The notes beneath the pieces were generated by a model. The model saw only the letters and a list, made by a program, of their open reading frames with translations, was not told the origin of the DNA and made no database searches. DNA of 64,000 nt from Lentisphaerota bacterium (GTDB taxonomy: Bacteria; Verrucomicrobiota; Kiritimatiellia; UBA8416; VGWJ01). Positions 8,780-19,476 of the stretch are shown one piece after another (the first letter of the stretch is position 1; each line of letters opens with the position of its first letter). The DNA is taken from assembly GCA_016873635.1 (NCBI GenBank), contig VGWJ01000011.1, forward strand, positions 678 to 64,677. The letters run 5' to 3'. The position numbers and the translations under genes are program-made.

Positions 8780-9786
8780 CCGTCTATGCTCTGGAGGACG
8801 CCGTGGCCGGCGCGGGCGAGTTCAGACTGCGCGTCCGCGATTGCGCCATCGAGCAGGGGCGGGTCTACGCGGTGGTGGGCCCCAACGGCTCGGGCAAGAC
8901 CACGCTGCTGAGAATGCTGGCTTTCCGTCTGCGGCCCGTGCGCGGCCGCGTGGCGTTCCGGGGCGAAGTCGTGGATTACGCCGACCGGGCGGGGCTGCTG
9001 GCGCGCCGCCGCCGGGTCAGCGCGCTGCTTCAGACCCCCTACCTCTTCAACCTGAGCGTCCGCGAGAACATCGCCTACGGGTTGAAGGTGCGGGGCTTGC
9101 CGCGCCGCGAGGTCGCCTCGCGCGTCGGCGCGATCATGGAGCGCCTGGGACTGGCGGCCCTCGCCGCGCGGAACGCGCACGCGCTCTCGGGCGGAGAGGC
9201 CCAGCGCGTGGCCCTGGCGCGCGCCCTGGTCCTCGATACGGAGGTCTACCTGCTCGACGAGCCGACCGCCAACGTCGACCAGCGCCAGGTGCGCGCCGTG
9301 GAAGAGCTCATTCTGGAGTTCAACCGGAAGAACGCGGCGACGATTGTGCTCTCGACGCATTCGCAGGACCAGGCCTGCCGCCTGTCGCATCACGTCGTTT
9401 CCGTCGTGGAGGGCGAGATCCGCGACATTGCCTACGAGAATGTCTTCGCCGGCGTGCTCCACGCCGATCCGGACGGCCTTCGCGGCATGGCGTTGCCGGG
9501 CGGCGCGCGGATCAGGGCCGCCACGGCAAAGACGGGCGCCGCCACGATCGCCGTTGACCCGCGGGACATCATCCTGTCCCGTCAGGCCATTGACTCGAGC
9601 GCCCTCAACCGGCTCACGGGCACGATCGTCAAGATCGAGGACGCGGACGGAACGTTGCGGGTTTTCGTGGACGCCGGCGCGCTGATCTGCGCCATGATCA
9701 CGCGCCGCTCCTTCCTGGACATGGGGCTGAACGTCGGCGAACGCGTGTGGCTGACGTTCAAGGCCACCGCCGTGAAGGTCCTCTAG
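8776..9786 (+). CDS. tupC: Tungstate ABC transporter ATPase with C-terminal TOBE domain
   Basis: GPNGSGKT, LSGGE, LLDEPT; TOBE SSALNRL...FKATAV; GTGA overlap. Confidence 0.9.
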   Translation: MTVYALEDAVAGAGEFRLRVRDCAIEQGRVYAVVGPNGSGKTTLLRMLAFRLRPVRGRVAFRGEVVDYADRAGLLARRRRVSALLQTPYLFNLSVRENIAYGLKVRGLPRREVASRVGAIMERLGLAALAARNAHALSGGEAQRVALARALVLDTEVYLLDEPTANVDQRQVRAVEELILEFNRKNAATIVLSTHSQDQACRLSHHVVSVVEGEIRDIAYENVFAGVLHADPDGLRGMALPGGARIRAATAKTGAATIAVDPRDIILSRQAIDSSALNRLTGTIVKIEDADGTLRVFVDAGALICAMITRRSFLDMGLNVGERVWLTFKATAVKVL

Positions 9787-10448
9787 TCTCCCGTCCCGGA
9801 ATCCCGCGCCAGGTCAGCTCGCGCTTTGGACGCGTTCGGCCGCACGGATTCCCGGGCCGGCTCCCGTTCCGGCCCGAAAGCCGCCTCGTACTCGTGTATC
9901 AGTCGCGAGTTGTAAGTCGGGCAGGTGTCGCGGGAGCAGTCCGGACAGGCGAACGGCCGCGCCATTATGATGTCGGGGTCCATGGGGTCGTGGGAGACGG
10001 GCCTGAAACCGATCGCCCGGTACATGCGCCAGGCCGGCGCGTTGTCCCACGTCACCGAAAGCCACACGTCCCGCAGGCGAAGCCGGAGGCATCCCCACCA
10101 CATCGCCGCCAGGAACAGTTCCCGCCCCCACCCCCGGTGCTGGAAGTCCTGGTGCACAAAGATGATGATCTCCTGCTCGTCCGGCGTGTGCGGGTAGTAG
10201 ACCAGGGCGGCGTGGGCGGCTATGCGGCCGTCGATCAGCAATACGAAATTCGTGTTCCGCTCGTTTTCGACAAGCGACGCCAGCCAGCGCCGGGTGACCG
10301 CCTCCTTGAACGGGGGCAGTCCCTGGTAGGCGGCCTTCGGCTCGAACGTGAGATACATGTCCAGGAGGGCGGGCCAGTGCCGGGCCTCATAACGTCCGAA
10401 TACCGGGACGTCTTCCGCGTGACGGAGGGCCATCCTTTGCGGCTCCAT
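9783..10448 (-). CDS. GNAT family N-acetyltransferase with Cys-rich tail
   Basis: FVHQDFQHRGWG acetyl-CoA motif, NAPAWRMYRAIGF; tail CPDC..TC. Confidence 0.75.
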   Translation of the reverse strand: MEPQRMALRHAEDVPVFGRYEARHWPALLDMYLTFEPKAAYQGLPPFKEAVTRRWLASLVENERNTNFVLLIDGRIAAHAALVYYPHTPDEQEIIIFVHQDFQHRGWGRELFLAAMWWGCLRLRLRDVWLSVTWDNAPAWRMYRAIGFRPVSHDPMDPDIIMARPFACPDCSRDTCPTYNSRLIHEYEAAFGPEREPARESVRPNASKARADLARDSGTGD

Positions 10449-10608
10449 GATCCGGGGTATTTTCCCCCGCCCCGCCAGTCAAGTCAAGCCGCGCCGACTT
10501 TTGCCCTTCTTTTCTTCCAGCCTCCCGTTCCGCGACTCTCCCTGCGCTTGTCAGACCCGTGACGCCGCAGTATTGTGTGGCCTGTCCCGCAAGGAAGGGC
10601 TTGCGCGC

Positions 10609-11022
10609 ATGCCTCTCACCCGTTTCAGCGTGTCGCTGGACGCCGGCTTGGTCGAGCGGTTCGACCGCGAGATCAGGGCCCAGGGCTGCCCCACGCGGTC
10701 CAAGGCCGTGGGCGACCTGATCCGCGCCGGCCTGGTCCAGGCCGAATGGCGCCGCGGCGACGAAGTGGCCGGGGCGGTCGTCATGGTCTACGACCACCAC
10801 AAGCGCGACATCCTCCGGAAGCTCACGCAGGTGCAGCACGACTGCCACGACGCCATCATATCGACCCAACACATCCATCTCGACCACGACAACTGCCTGG
10901 AAATCGTGGCCGTGCGCGGCAAACGCGCCCGGGTCGAGAACGTCGTCAGGCGCCTGAAGGCGCTGAAGGGCCTGAAGCACGTTTCCCTCGCCGCCGGCAC
11001 CACCGGCCGACGGCTGGCGTGA
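10609..11022 (+). CDS. nikR: Nickel-responsive regulator
   Basis: RFSVSL RHH, RSKAVGDLIR, YDHH, HIHLDHDNCLE Ni site. Confidence 0.95.
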   Translation: MPLTRFSVSLDAGLVERFDREIRAQGCPTRSKAVGDLIRAGLVQAEWRRGDEVAGAVVMVYDHHKRDILRKLTQVQHDCHDAIISTQHIHLDHDNCLEIVAVRGKRARVENVVRRLKALKGLKHVSLAAGTTGRRLA

Positions 11023-11057
11023 GACCGGCTCCGGAAAGCCGAGAAGGGCTCGCGGCT

Positions 11058-11549
11058 TCAGCCCAGTTTGCGCAGCTCCCTGACGAAAGCCACGATGTGC
11101 TTCTTTTCCTCGTCGATGATCTTCCGCAGCCAGTCGCCGCCCAGTTTTGCGGGAACCATATCCAGGAAGCCCTGGTAGAAGAGCACGGCGTTCTTTTCCA
11201 TCTGCAGGCCGATCTTGAGGATGTCGCGCAGCGATTCCCTGCCCGTCAGCGCGGCGGCTGCCCTGGGCGCGCCTTCGATCCCGGCGCCGTCGACCATGGC
11301 CCCGAGATACAGCGCGGCTTCGTTGTCGGGGTCGAAGGCCGTCTCTTCGCGGGCGCCTTCGCCCAGCTCCCTGCGCATCGCCGCGAAGATCCGTTCGTGT
11401 TCCTTCTCCATATCCGCCAGCTTCAGCAGAAACGAACAGTCGGCCTCGCTGGCGTGCCGGTCGGCCGCCTTGCGGTAGAAAGCCACCGCCTCCTGCTCCG
11501 CCCGGATCGCCATTTGCAGCACTTCGTCGGCATTGAAACGGATGCCCAT
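11058..11549 (-). CDS. Rubrerythrin/ferritin-like di-iron protein
   Basis: MAIRAEQEAVAFY, EKEH, EKNAVLFY, EEKKH; GGAGG RBS. Confidence 0.85.
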   Translation of the reverse strand: MGIRFNADEVLQMAIRAEQEAVAFYRKAADRHASEADCSFLLKLADMEKEHERIFAAMRRELGEGAREETAFDPDNEAALYLGAMVDGAGIEGAPRAAAALTGRESLRDILKIGLQMEKNAVLFYQGFLDMVPAKLGGDWLRKIIDEEKKHIVAFVRELRKLG

Positions 11550-11717
11550 GGAAACCTCCTGTATCGCGGTTTTTTCTCCTTCAGACGTCCGAAGGTACGT
11601 CCTCAGCGCGCGTGTTTCAAGGACAATGCGCCGAAGGCCGGTGAGGCGTGCGCGAATGCTTGAATGCCGCGCCGTTTTCTGCCATTTTCCGCCAAGCTTG
11701 CGGACCGGACCGACGTG

Positions 11718-12611
11718 ATGAACACGGCGTACATGCAGTTTCTGACGGCCGACTTCGTCAGCCGCGTGCTTCCGCGGCGGTTTGCCTACTGGGTCGGCCT
11801 GCGCGTCGCGGACGAATTTTACTGCCGCGACGCCAGGGGCCGGGCGGCCGTAAAGTCCAACCTGCGGCACGTCCTGGATTTCAGGGGGCTGAAAGCCTCG
11901 GACGAAACCCTGGAGCGAATGGCGCGGACGGTGTTCCAGAATTTCGGCAAGCACCTGGTTGATTTCTTCGGCTCGCGCCGGCTTTCGCGGCGGGAGGTGG
12001 ACCGCATGGTGAGTCTCGAGCATTCCGAGCACCTCGAGCAGGCGCGGGCGCTCGGCCAGGGCGTGATCGTGGTTACGGCGCACCTCGGCAACTGGGAGCT
12101 GGGCGGCGCGGTGCTGGGCGCGCTGGGCTGTCCGCTCAACGCGGTGATCCTGCCGGAGCGTGACCGCCGTATCAGGGCGCTTTTTCGCGCCCGGCGCGAA
12201 AGCCGGCTTCAGCGCGTCATCCCGCTGGGCAAGGCCGCGCGGGGCGTGCTGGAGGCGCTGGCGCGGAAGGAGTTCGTGGCCCTGCTGGCGGACCGCGACT
12301 ACAGCGCGCGGGACGACCGGGTCGAGTTTTTCGGCAGGCCGGCCAGGATGCCGCGCGGCCCGGCGGCCATCAGCGCGCGCACGGGCTGTCCGGTTCTGCC
12401 GGGTTTTCTCCTGCGCCAGAAGGACGACACTTTCCTGCTGCGGTTCCGTCCGCTGATCGTTCCCGCGGGGTATTCGTCCGAGCGGGAGATCCGCCTGCAG
12501 ATATGTCGCGGCCTCGAAGAGGAGATCGGCGGACGTCCGGAGCAGTGGTTCATGTTCGAGGATTTCTGGAACGCGCGCGCCTGGCACGGCGGCAGGGGGG
12601 AGCAACGATGA
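11718..12611 (+). CDS. Lipid A/lysophospholipid acyltransferase (LpxL/HtrB family)
   Basis: TAHLGNWE, LLADRD, FFGRPA, PEQWFMF. Confidence 0.85.
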   Translation: MNTAYMQFLTADFVSRVLPRRFAYWVGLRVADEFYCRDARGRAAVKSNLRHVLDFRGLKASDETLERMARTVFQNFGKHLVDFFGSRRLSRREVDRMVSLEHSEHLEQARALGQGVIVVTAHLGNWELGGAVLGALGCPLNAVILPERDRRIRALFRARRESRLQRVIPLGKAARGVLEALARKEFVALLADRDYSARDDRVEFFGRPARMPRGPAAISARTGCPVLPGFLLRQKDDTFLLRFRPLIVPAGYSSEREIRLQICRGLEEEIGGRPEQWFMFEDFWNARAWHGGRGEQR

Positions 12612-13324
12612 ACGGCGAGACGAGGAACGGGTCCCGGTTCTGCGTGATCGTGCCGGCGTACCAGGAGGAGGCGCGCGTGGGCGCCGCCGTGGGAGGCATC
12701 CGCGCGTACTGCCGGGACGTGGTCGTGGTCGACGACGGTTCCGCGGACCGCACCGCCGCGGAGGCGGACCGGGCCGGAGCGGTGGTGCTGAAACACGCCG
12801 TGAACCAGGGCAAGGGCGCGGCGATCGCCACGGGAATGGCCTACGCCCTGGAGCACGGCTACGAATTCGTCGTGGCCATGGACGGCGACGGCCAGCACGC
12901 GCCCGAAGACATTCCGGCGTTCGTGGAGGCCTACGCGCGAACGGGCGACCCCGTGATCCTGGGCAACCGCATGGCGGATCCGCGCGGCATGCCGCTGGTG
13001 CGGCGCCTGACGAACCGCTTCATGAGTTGGCTGCTCAGCCGGCGCATGGGCCGCCGCGTCCCCGACACGCAGTGCGGATTCCGGCTCTACCGGTGCGAGG
13101 GATTCCCCGCGGTTCCGGACGCGTCGCGCCGCTTCGACTACGACTCTGAGATACTGCTGCTTTACGCCGAGGCCGGCGCGCGCATCGGCGCGGTGCCGGT
13201 GCGGGTGATCTACGGCGACGAGAAGAGCAAGATATGTCCGGTCAAGGACACGCTGCGCTTCATCCGGATGCTGCGGCGGCACCAGCGGGCCCGGCGCGTC
13301 CGGGCGGGAAAGGGCAAAGCATGA
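12608..13324 (+). CDS. GT2 glycosyltransferase (polyprenyl-phosphate sugar synthase-like)
   Basis: VPAYQE, VVDDGSAD, NQGKG, MDGDGQH, DTQCGFR. Confidence 0.88.
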   Translation: MNGETRNGSRFCVIVPAYQEEARVGAAVGGIRAYCRDVVVVDDGSADRTAAEADRAGAVVLKHAVNQGKGAAIATGMAYALEHGYEFVVAMDGDGQHAPEDIPAFVEAYARTGDPVILGNRMADPRGMPLVRRLTNRFMSWLLSRRMGRRVPDTQCGFRLYRCEGFPAVPDASRRFDYDSEILLLYAEAGARIGAVPVRVIYGDEKSKICPVKDTLRFIRMLRRHQRARRVRAGKGKA

Positions 13325-13863
13325 TTCGCGCGCTCGCCTGGCTGATTTTCCTCACGTTCCTTCCGGCGCTTGAGCTGCGGGCCTCCATTCCCGTGGGCAT
13401 GCTTCCGGTCAAGATGCCTTTCACGGAGGGCCGTATCAGCGACCTCATGGCGTGGCCGCTGGCGGTTGCGGTCTGCACGCTGGCCAACATCGCGCTGGGG
13501 TGGGCCGTGTTCCGGGTTCTGGGGCCGGTATTCACGGCCATGCGGCGCTGGGGCTGGTTCGAGCGCCGCGTCTGGCCGCGCCTCGAGCGGACGCGCCACC
13601 GTCTGCACCCCTACGTGGAAAAATACGGCGAGCTGGGACTGGCCGTGTTCATCGGCATCCCCCTGCCCGGTTCCGGGGTCTACACGGGGGCTTTCGGAGC
13701 CTACCTGCTGGGCTTCGACCGGCGCCGGTTCGCCGTGGCCAACGCAATCGGCGTGCTCATCGCCGCCGCGGCGGTGACGACGCTGTGCCTCCTGCTTCTG
13801 CACGGGGTGATCGGCGAAGAGAGCTGGGCGGCCCGGCTCTTTCTCAAGCTGCACGGCGGCTGA
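13321..13863 (+). CDS. Small multi-drug export (COG2426-like) membrane protein
   Basis: PALELRASIP and FIGIPLPGSGVYTG motifs; hydrophobic. Confidence 0.8.
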   Translation: MIRALAWLIFLTFLPALELRASIPVGMLPVKMPFTEGRISDLMAWPLAVAVCTLANIALGWAVFRVLGPVFTAMRRWGWFERRVWPRLERTRHRLHPYVEKYGELGLAVFIGIPLPGSGVYTGAFGAYLLGFDRRRFAVANAIGVLIAAAAVTTLCLLLLHGVIGEESWAARLFLKLHGG

Positions 13864-13874
13864 GACGCGCTTTT

Positions 13875-14237
13875 CTACGCGTGCCGCGCGACGACGCTCA
13901 GCAGCTCCGCGGATTCGCAGGGCTGGATCAGGTGGTCCGCCGCGCCCAGCTGCTGCGACTGGAAGACGGACTTGCTTTCGCCCTTGGCGGTGAGCATCAC
14001 GACGGGGATGTTCTTCGTAAGCTCCAGGCGCTGGAGTCGCTTGAGCACCGCGAAACCGTCCATCTTCGGCGTCATCACGTCCGGCAGGATCAGGTGCGGC
14101 TTCTCCGCGGCGGCCTTGGCCAGGCCTTCTTCGCCGTCATACGCGGTCACGACTTCGTAGTCGTTCGCTTCCAGCCGCATCTTGATCATTTCAACATGGT
14201 CCGGTTCATCGTCGATCATCAGAATCCGCTTCTTCCG
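13875..14237 (-). pseudogene. Single-domain response regulator, probably 5'-truncated or degenerate
   Basis: KRILMIDDE, ILPDVMTPKMDG, MLTAK; in-frame TGA just upstream; KP motif replaced by QP. Confidence 0.55.
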
Positions 14238-14240
14238 TCA

Positions 14241-14333
14241 GTGACGGTGTGCGGCAACACCGTGACCGGCAGCGCCCCGGACAAGTGTTCAGTCTGCGGG
14301 GCGCCGAAGGCCAGGTTCGCCGAGGTCAAGTAG
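14241..14333 (+). pseudogene. C-terminal rubredoxin-like fragment of a rubrerythrin
   Basis: VCGNTVTGSAPDKCSVCGAPKARFAEVK*; first Cys and upstream gene missing. Confidence 0.55.
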
Positions 14334-14395
14334 CCGGAACGACGGCATGCCATGAGCCGCTTCCGGACGCGGGAACGCCGGCGGCCGGTGGCGGC

Positions 14396-14470
14396 GCAGG
14401 GCGCGTGGTGGTCCTGGGTGGCGGCATTGCGGGAATCTCGGCCGTCGAGTCGTTGCGGCAGACCCGGATT
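14396..14470 (+). pseudogene. FAD-dependent oxidoreductase Rossmann fragment
   Basis: GRVVVLGGGIAGISAVESLRQ then loss of similarity. Confidence 0.5.
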
Positions 14471-14654
14471 TCGGAGTGTGCCCTCGCCGACGCCAACGCG
14501 GCCCTGGCCGCGCTGCGCGACGGCGCGCCGGCGGGCGCCGCGGCGCTGAGGCCGTGACCGGCCGGATGTGGGATTGCCCGCGCTTGACACCCGCCCCGCC
14601 TTCGTCAAGATTCTACGGTTCGTTCCCTGGACGGGAGAAAGCCGGAGGAAAACC

Positions 14655-15455
14655 ATGGTCCGTGACTGCAAGGCGCTGGCGGCGTTCGTGTGCGAGGAGA
14701 TCGGCAAACGTGTGGATACGGCCGTGGTCGGCCTCAGCGGCGGGGCGGATTCGTCCCTCGTCGCCATCCTGAGCGCGCGGGCCCTGGGCAGGGACAACGT
14801 CTATGGCGTGAGCATGCCGTACAACGAGGTGGACGTGCGCACGTTCAACGCGCGCTCCACGCGCCTGGCCGAGCGCCTCGGCATTCGCCACCTGGTCCGG
14901 CCGGTTGCGGCCATCGCCGACGCCATCACGGCGCAGATGGCCGTGGACCAAAGCGATGTCCTCACGGCCGCGAACAAGGGCAACGCGCGCAGCCGCGCGC
15001 GCATGTGCGTGCTTTACGGACTGGCCCACGCGCTGGGCACCCGACTGCCCGGCCGGCGCGTGCGGGTGATGGGCACCGGCAACCTGTCCGAGGATTTCAT
15101 CGGCTACGACACCAAGGGCGGCGACGCGCTGGCCGACCTGTTCCCCATCGGCGAGCTGTTCAAGTCCGAGGTGTACCAGATGCTCGGGTATTTCGTCGCG
15201 CAGGGCGTCATCGGCGAGGACCTGATCGACCGCATCCCTTCCGCCGGCCTGGAGGAGAACCAGACCGACGAGGGGGACCTGGGCCACAGCTACAACGCCA
15301 TGGAGCATGGCGTGCGCTTCTGCCTGGCGCACTACCGCGACATGCCCGCCGAGGCCCCGGACGCGATCACGGCCTTCGTGTGGGAGCGTCATCTGGCCCA
15401 CAGGCACAAGCACGAGGCTCCGCCCGTGGTGCGCCTGCGGCATCTCTGCGACTGA
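14655..15455 (+). CDS. nadE: NH3-dependent NAD+ synthetase
   Basis: VVGLSGGADSS, NARSRARM, GYDTKGGD, PSAGL...QTDE; TTGACA about 70 bp upstream. Confidence 0.92.
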   Translation: MVRDCKALAAFVCEEIGKRVDTAVVGLSGGADSSLVAILSARALGRDNVYGVSMPYNEVDVRTFNARSTRLAERLGIRHLVRPVAAIADAITAQMAVDQSDVLTAANKGNARSRARMCVLYGLAHALGTRLPGRRVRVMGTGNLSEDFIGYDTKGGDALADLFPIGELFKSEVYQMLGYFVAQGVIGEDLIDRIPSAGLEENQTDEGDLGHSYNAMEHGVRFCLAHYRDMPAEAPDAITAFVWERHLAHRHKHEAPPVVRLRHLCD

Positions 15456-16416
15456 GCATCTCCAGCGCCACCTCCCCCACCTGCTCGGGCGTGACCCCCT
15501 GCAGGCACGGCACGCCGGGCTGCCGGCACGCGCGCGAGAAGCAGGGCTGACAGGGAAGCGACGCCGTAACCACGCGGTGGCCCGCGCCGTAGGGGCCGTT
15601 GCGCGCCGGATCGGTCGAGGCGAATATCGCCAGGACCGGCACGCCGACGGCGGCGGCCATGTGCGCCGGTCCGGAATCGTTCGACACCACCAGGTCCATC
15701 TGCGCCAGCGTGCCGCCCAGCGCGGCAAAATCGAGCCTGCCGGACAGGTCTTCCGCGGCCCCGCCGGCGGCGGCGGCGATCCGACCGCAGACTTCCCGGT
15801 CCTCCTGTCCGCCGAACAGGTACACCGACGCCCCGCGCGTGCGCGCCAGCCGCCGCGCCACGTCCGCAAAACAGGATTCGGGCCACGTCTTGTTGGGCCG
15901 GCGCGACATCGGCACGATGCCCACCCGCGGCCGGGGCAGAGCCGCCTGCCGCGGCGGAAAGCGCACCGGGAAGACGGGCGCCATGCGTTGCAGCTTCAGC
16001 GCGTCAACTACGTCCAGGCACTGCTCCACGACGTGGCGGCCCTCGCGCCGCCGCCCCGCCAGGCGGGGATACAGGAAGCGCGTTCCCTCGCGCGCGAAGG
16101 AGGGTCCGATCCGCAGGCGGCCGCGCGCCATCAAGGCGATCATCGCGCTTTTCAGCAGTCCGTGCAGGTCGATCACGTAGTCGTATTCCGCGGCGCGCAG
16201 GTCCGCGAGGAACGGGCGCAGATTCGACCAGAAGGCGCGGCGGCGGAAAGGGATCACCCGGGCGACGTCGGTGAAGCACTCGCGCAGCAGCCCCGCGTAG
16301 GTATCCGCGACGACCCAGTGGATCTCCGCGCCGAGTCCTTCTTTAAGATTGTGCACCGCGGGCAGCGCATGAAACAGGTCTCCCAGCGAGCTCAACTTGA
16401 CGATCAGCACCTTCAC
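15367..16416 (-). CDS. GT9 lipopolysaccharide heptosyltransferase
   Basis: LIVKLSSLGDLFH, IDLHGLLKS, SNDSGPAHMAAA; 3' overlap with nadE. Confidence 0.88.
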   Translation of the reverse strand: MKVLIVKLSSLGDLFHALPAVHNLKEGLGAEIHWVVADTYAGLLRECFTDVARVIPFRRRAFWSNLRPFLADLRAAEYDYVIDLHGLLKSAMIALMARGRLRIGPSFAREGTRFLYPRLAGRRREGRHVVEQCLDVVDALKLQRMAPVFPVRFPPRQAALPRPRVGIVPMSRRPNKTWPESCFADVARRLARTRGASVYLFGGQEDREVCGRIAAAAGGAAEDLSGRLDFAALGGTLAQMDLVVSNDSGPAHMAAAVGVPVLAIFASTDPARNGPYGAGHRVVTASLPCQPCFSRACRQPGVPCLQGVTPEQVGEVALEMLSRRDAAGAPRAEPRACACGPDDAPTRRP

Positions 16417-16442
16417 TCGGCCGCCCTCCCTGGCCCGCGCAC

Positions 16443-17918
16443 TCACGCCTGCCCGCCGCCGCCCAGCGCTCCGCGGATCGCCGCCGCCAGCCGCGGCCCG
16501 ACGCCGTCAACTTCGCGGATCTCCGCCTCGCCGGCGGCGGCGATCCGCCGCACCGACCCGAAACGCGCCAGCAGGCGCTCCTTGATCCGCGGCCCGACCC
16601 CCGGTATCTCGTCCAGCGCCGATTCCCGGATACGGCGGCCGCGCAGGTCGTGGTGGTAAGCCACGGCGAAGCGGTGGGCCTCGTCCCGCAGCCGCTGCAG
16701 CACGTGCAGCGCAGCCGAGTCCTTCGGCAGCCTCAGCGGCGGTTTGCCGGCCTCCCGGTACAACTCCTCGCGGCGCTTGGCCAGCCCGGCCACCGGCACG
16801 GCGCCCGCGCCGACTGCCGCCAGGGCCGCGCGCGCGGCCTGCACCTGCGTCCGGCCGCCGTCGACCAGCACCAGGTCCGGCGCCGCGCCGCCTTCGACGG
16901 CCAGGCGCGCAAAACGGCGTCGCACGACTTCGGCCATCATAGCCGGGTCGTCGCTGCCGCGCACGGTTTTGATGCGGAAGCGGCGGTAACGGTTGCGGTG
17001 CGGCATGCCGTCCACGCAACAGACCATGCCGGCCACCGCGAAGGCGCCGGCGATGTTGGAGACGTCGAATGCCTCGATTACGCGCGGCGGCCCGGCGAGC
17101 CCGAGGGACGCCTGCAGCGCCCGCACGCCGGCCAGGGCTTCCTCCTTCCTCATGTCCGGGCTCTTTTCGGAAACGCCCTGGCGCCGCAGCGCCGCGCGCA
17201 GGTACAGCAGCGTGTCCCGCAGCGCCGCCGCGCGCTCGAAATCCATGGCCGCCGAGGCCTCCCGCATGGCCGCCGCCACGGCATCGGTCACGGCCGGCCG
17301 CCGGCCGCGCAGGAACGCGCACGCCTCGTCGAAGCGGCGGCGGTATTCCTCTTCCGTCACGCGCGCGACGCATGGCGCGGAGCAGTAGCGGATGATGTCG
17401 TTCAGGCAGCGCCGGTAGGTCTCCGCGTCGGGCGCGCGGGGCGCGCACTCGCGCAGGCCGAACGTCTTCGCGGCGAAGTCCAGCGTCGCCCGCGCCGCCG
17501 CGGCCGAGGCGTAGGGGCCGAAGTACAGGCGCCCGTCTTCGCGGCGGATCCGGCTGAAGGCGAAACGCGGCAGCGGCTCGCGCGGATCGGCCGCAAGCAG
17601 GAGAAAACGCTTGTCGTCGGTGAAGCTGACGTTGAAACGGGGACGGTATTCCTTGAGCAGGCGCCCCTCGACGAGGATCGCCTCGGTCTCGCTGCGCGTC
17701 ACCACGTGGTCGATGTCGTCCACGCTGTTGACCAGGCTGCGCAGCCTGGGCGACCCGCGCCGCAGCGCCGCCTGGCGGAAATAGGAGCGCACGCGCTTGC
17801 GCAGGGACACGGCCTTGCCCACGTAGATAATGCGGCCGCGGCCGTCGCGCATGAGATAGCAGCCGGGAGCGTCCGGCAGCTCGTCGAGCCTGGCGCGAAC
17901 TTTGTCCGGAATACGCAC
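16443..17918 (-). CDS. uvrC: Excinuclease ABC subunit C
   Basis: GIY-YIG (IYVGKAVSLRKRV), FERAAALRD, EAFDVSN, VDGG, RDEAHRFA, HhH. Confidence 0.93.
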   Translation of the reverse strand: MRIPDKVRARLDELPDAPGCYLMRDGRGRIIYVGKAVSLRKRVRSYFRQAALRRGSPRLRSLVNSVDDIDHVVTRSETEAILVEGRLLKEYRPRFNVSFTDDKRFLLLAADPREPLPRFAFSRIRREDGRLYFGPYASAAAARATLDFAAKTFGLRECAPRAPDAETYRRCLNDIIRYCSAPCVARVTEEEYRRRFDEACAFLRGRRPAVTDAVAAAMREASAAMDFERAAALRDTLLYLRAALRRQGVSEKSPDMRKEEALAGVRALQASLGLAGPPRVIEAFDVSNIAGAFAVAGMVCCVDGMPHRNRYRRFRIKTVRGSDDPAMMAEVVRRRFARLAVEGGAAPDLVLVDGGRTQVQAARAALAAVGAGAVPVAGLAKRREELYREAGKPPLRLPKDSAALHVLQRLRDEAHRFAVAYHHDLRGRRIRESALDEIPGVGPRIKERLLARFGSVRRIAAAGEAEIREVDGVGPRLAAAIRGALGGGGQA

Positions 17919-17936
17919 GGCGGCGGACGCCCGCTG

Positions 17937-19373
<1,437 letters not shown>

Positions 19374-19476
19374 GCCATCTCCTTTCCCTGTTACTATAGC
19401 GGGTTCCAGCGAGGCATTTCAAGTTTCCGCTGATCTCTCCCGGACAGGCCGCGCCAGCGCAGATTCATAGTCCGCG

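Noticed and set aside
724-14240. Sec/Pyl readthrough at the TAG after MGNH (724) or the TGA before the receiver domain (about 14238)
   Set aside because: Sequence beyond the stops does not continue the protein family; truncation is simpler.
16443-17918. Short UvrC (491 aa) as a pseudogene
   Set aside because: All catalytic domains and the HhH are present in an intact frame.
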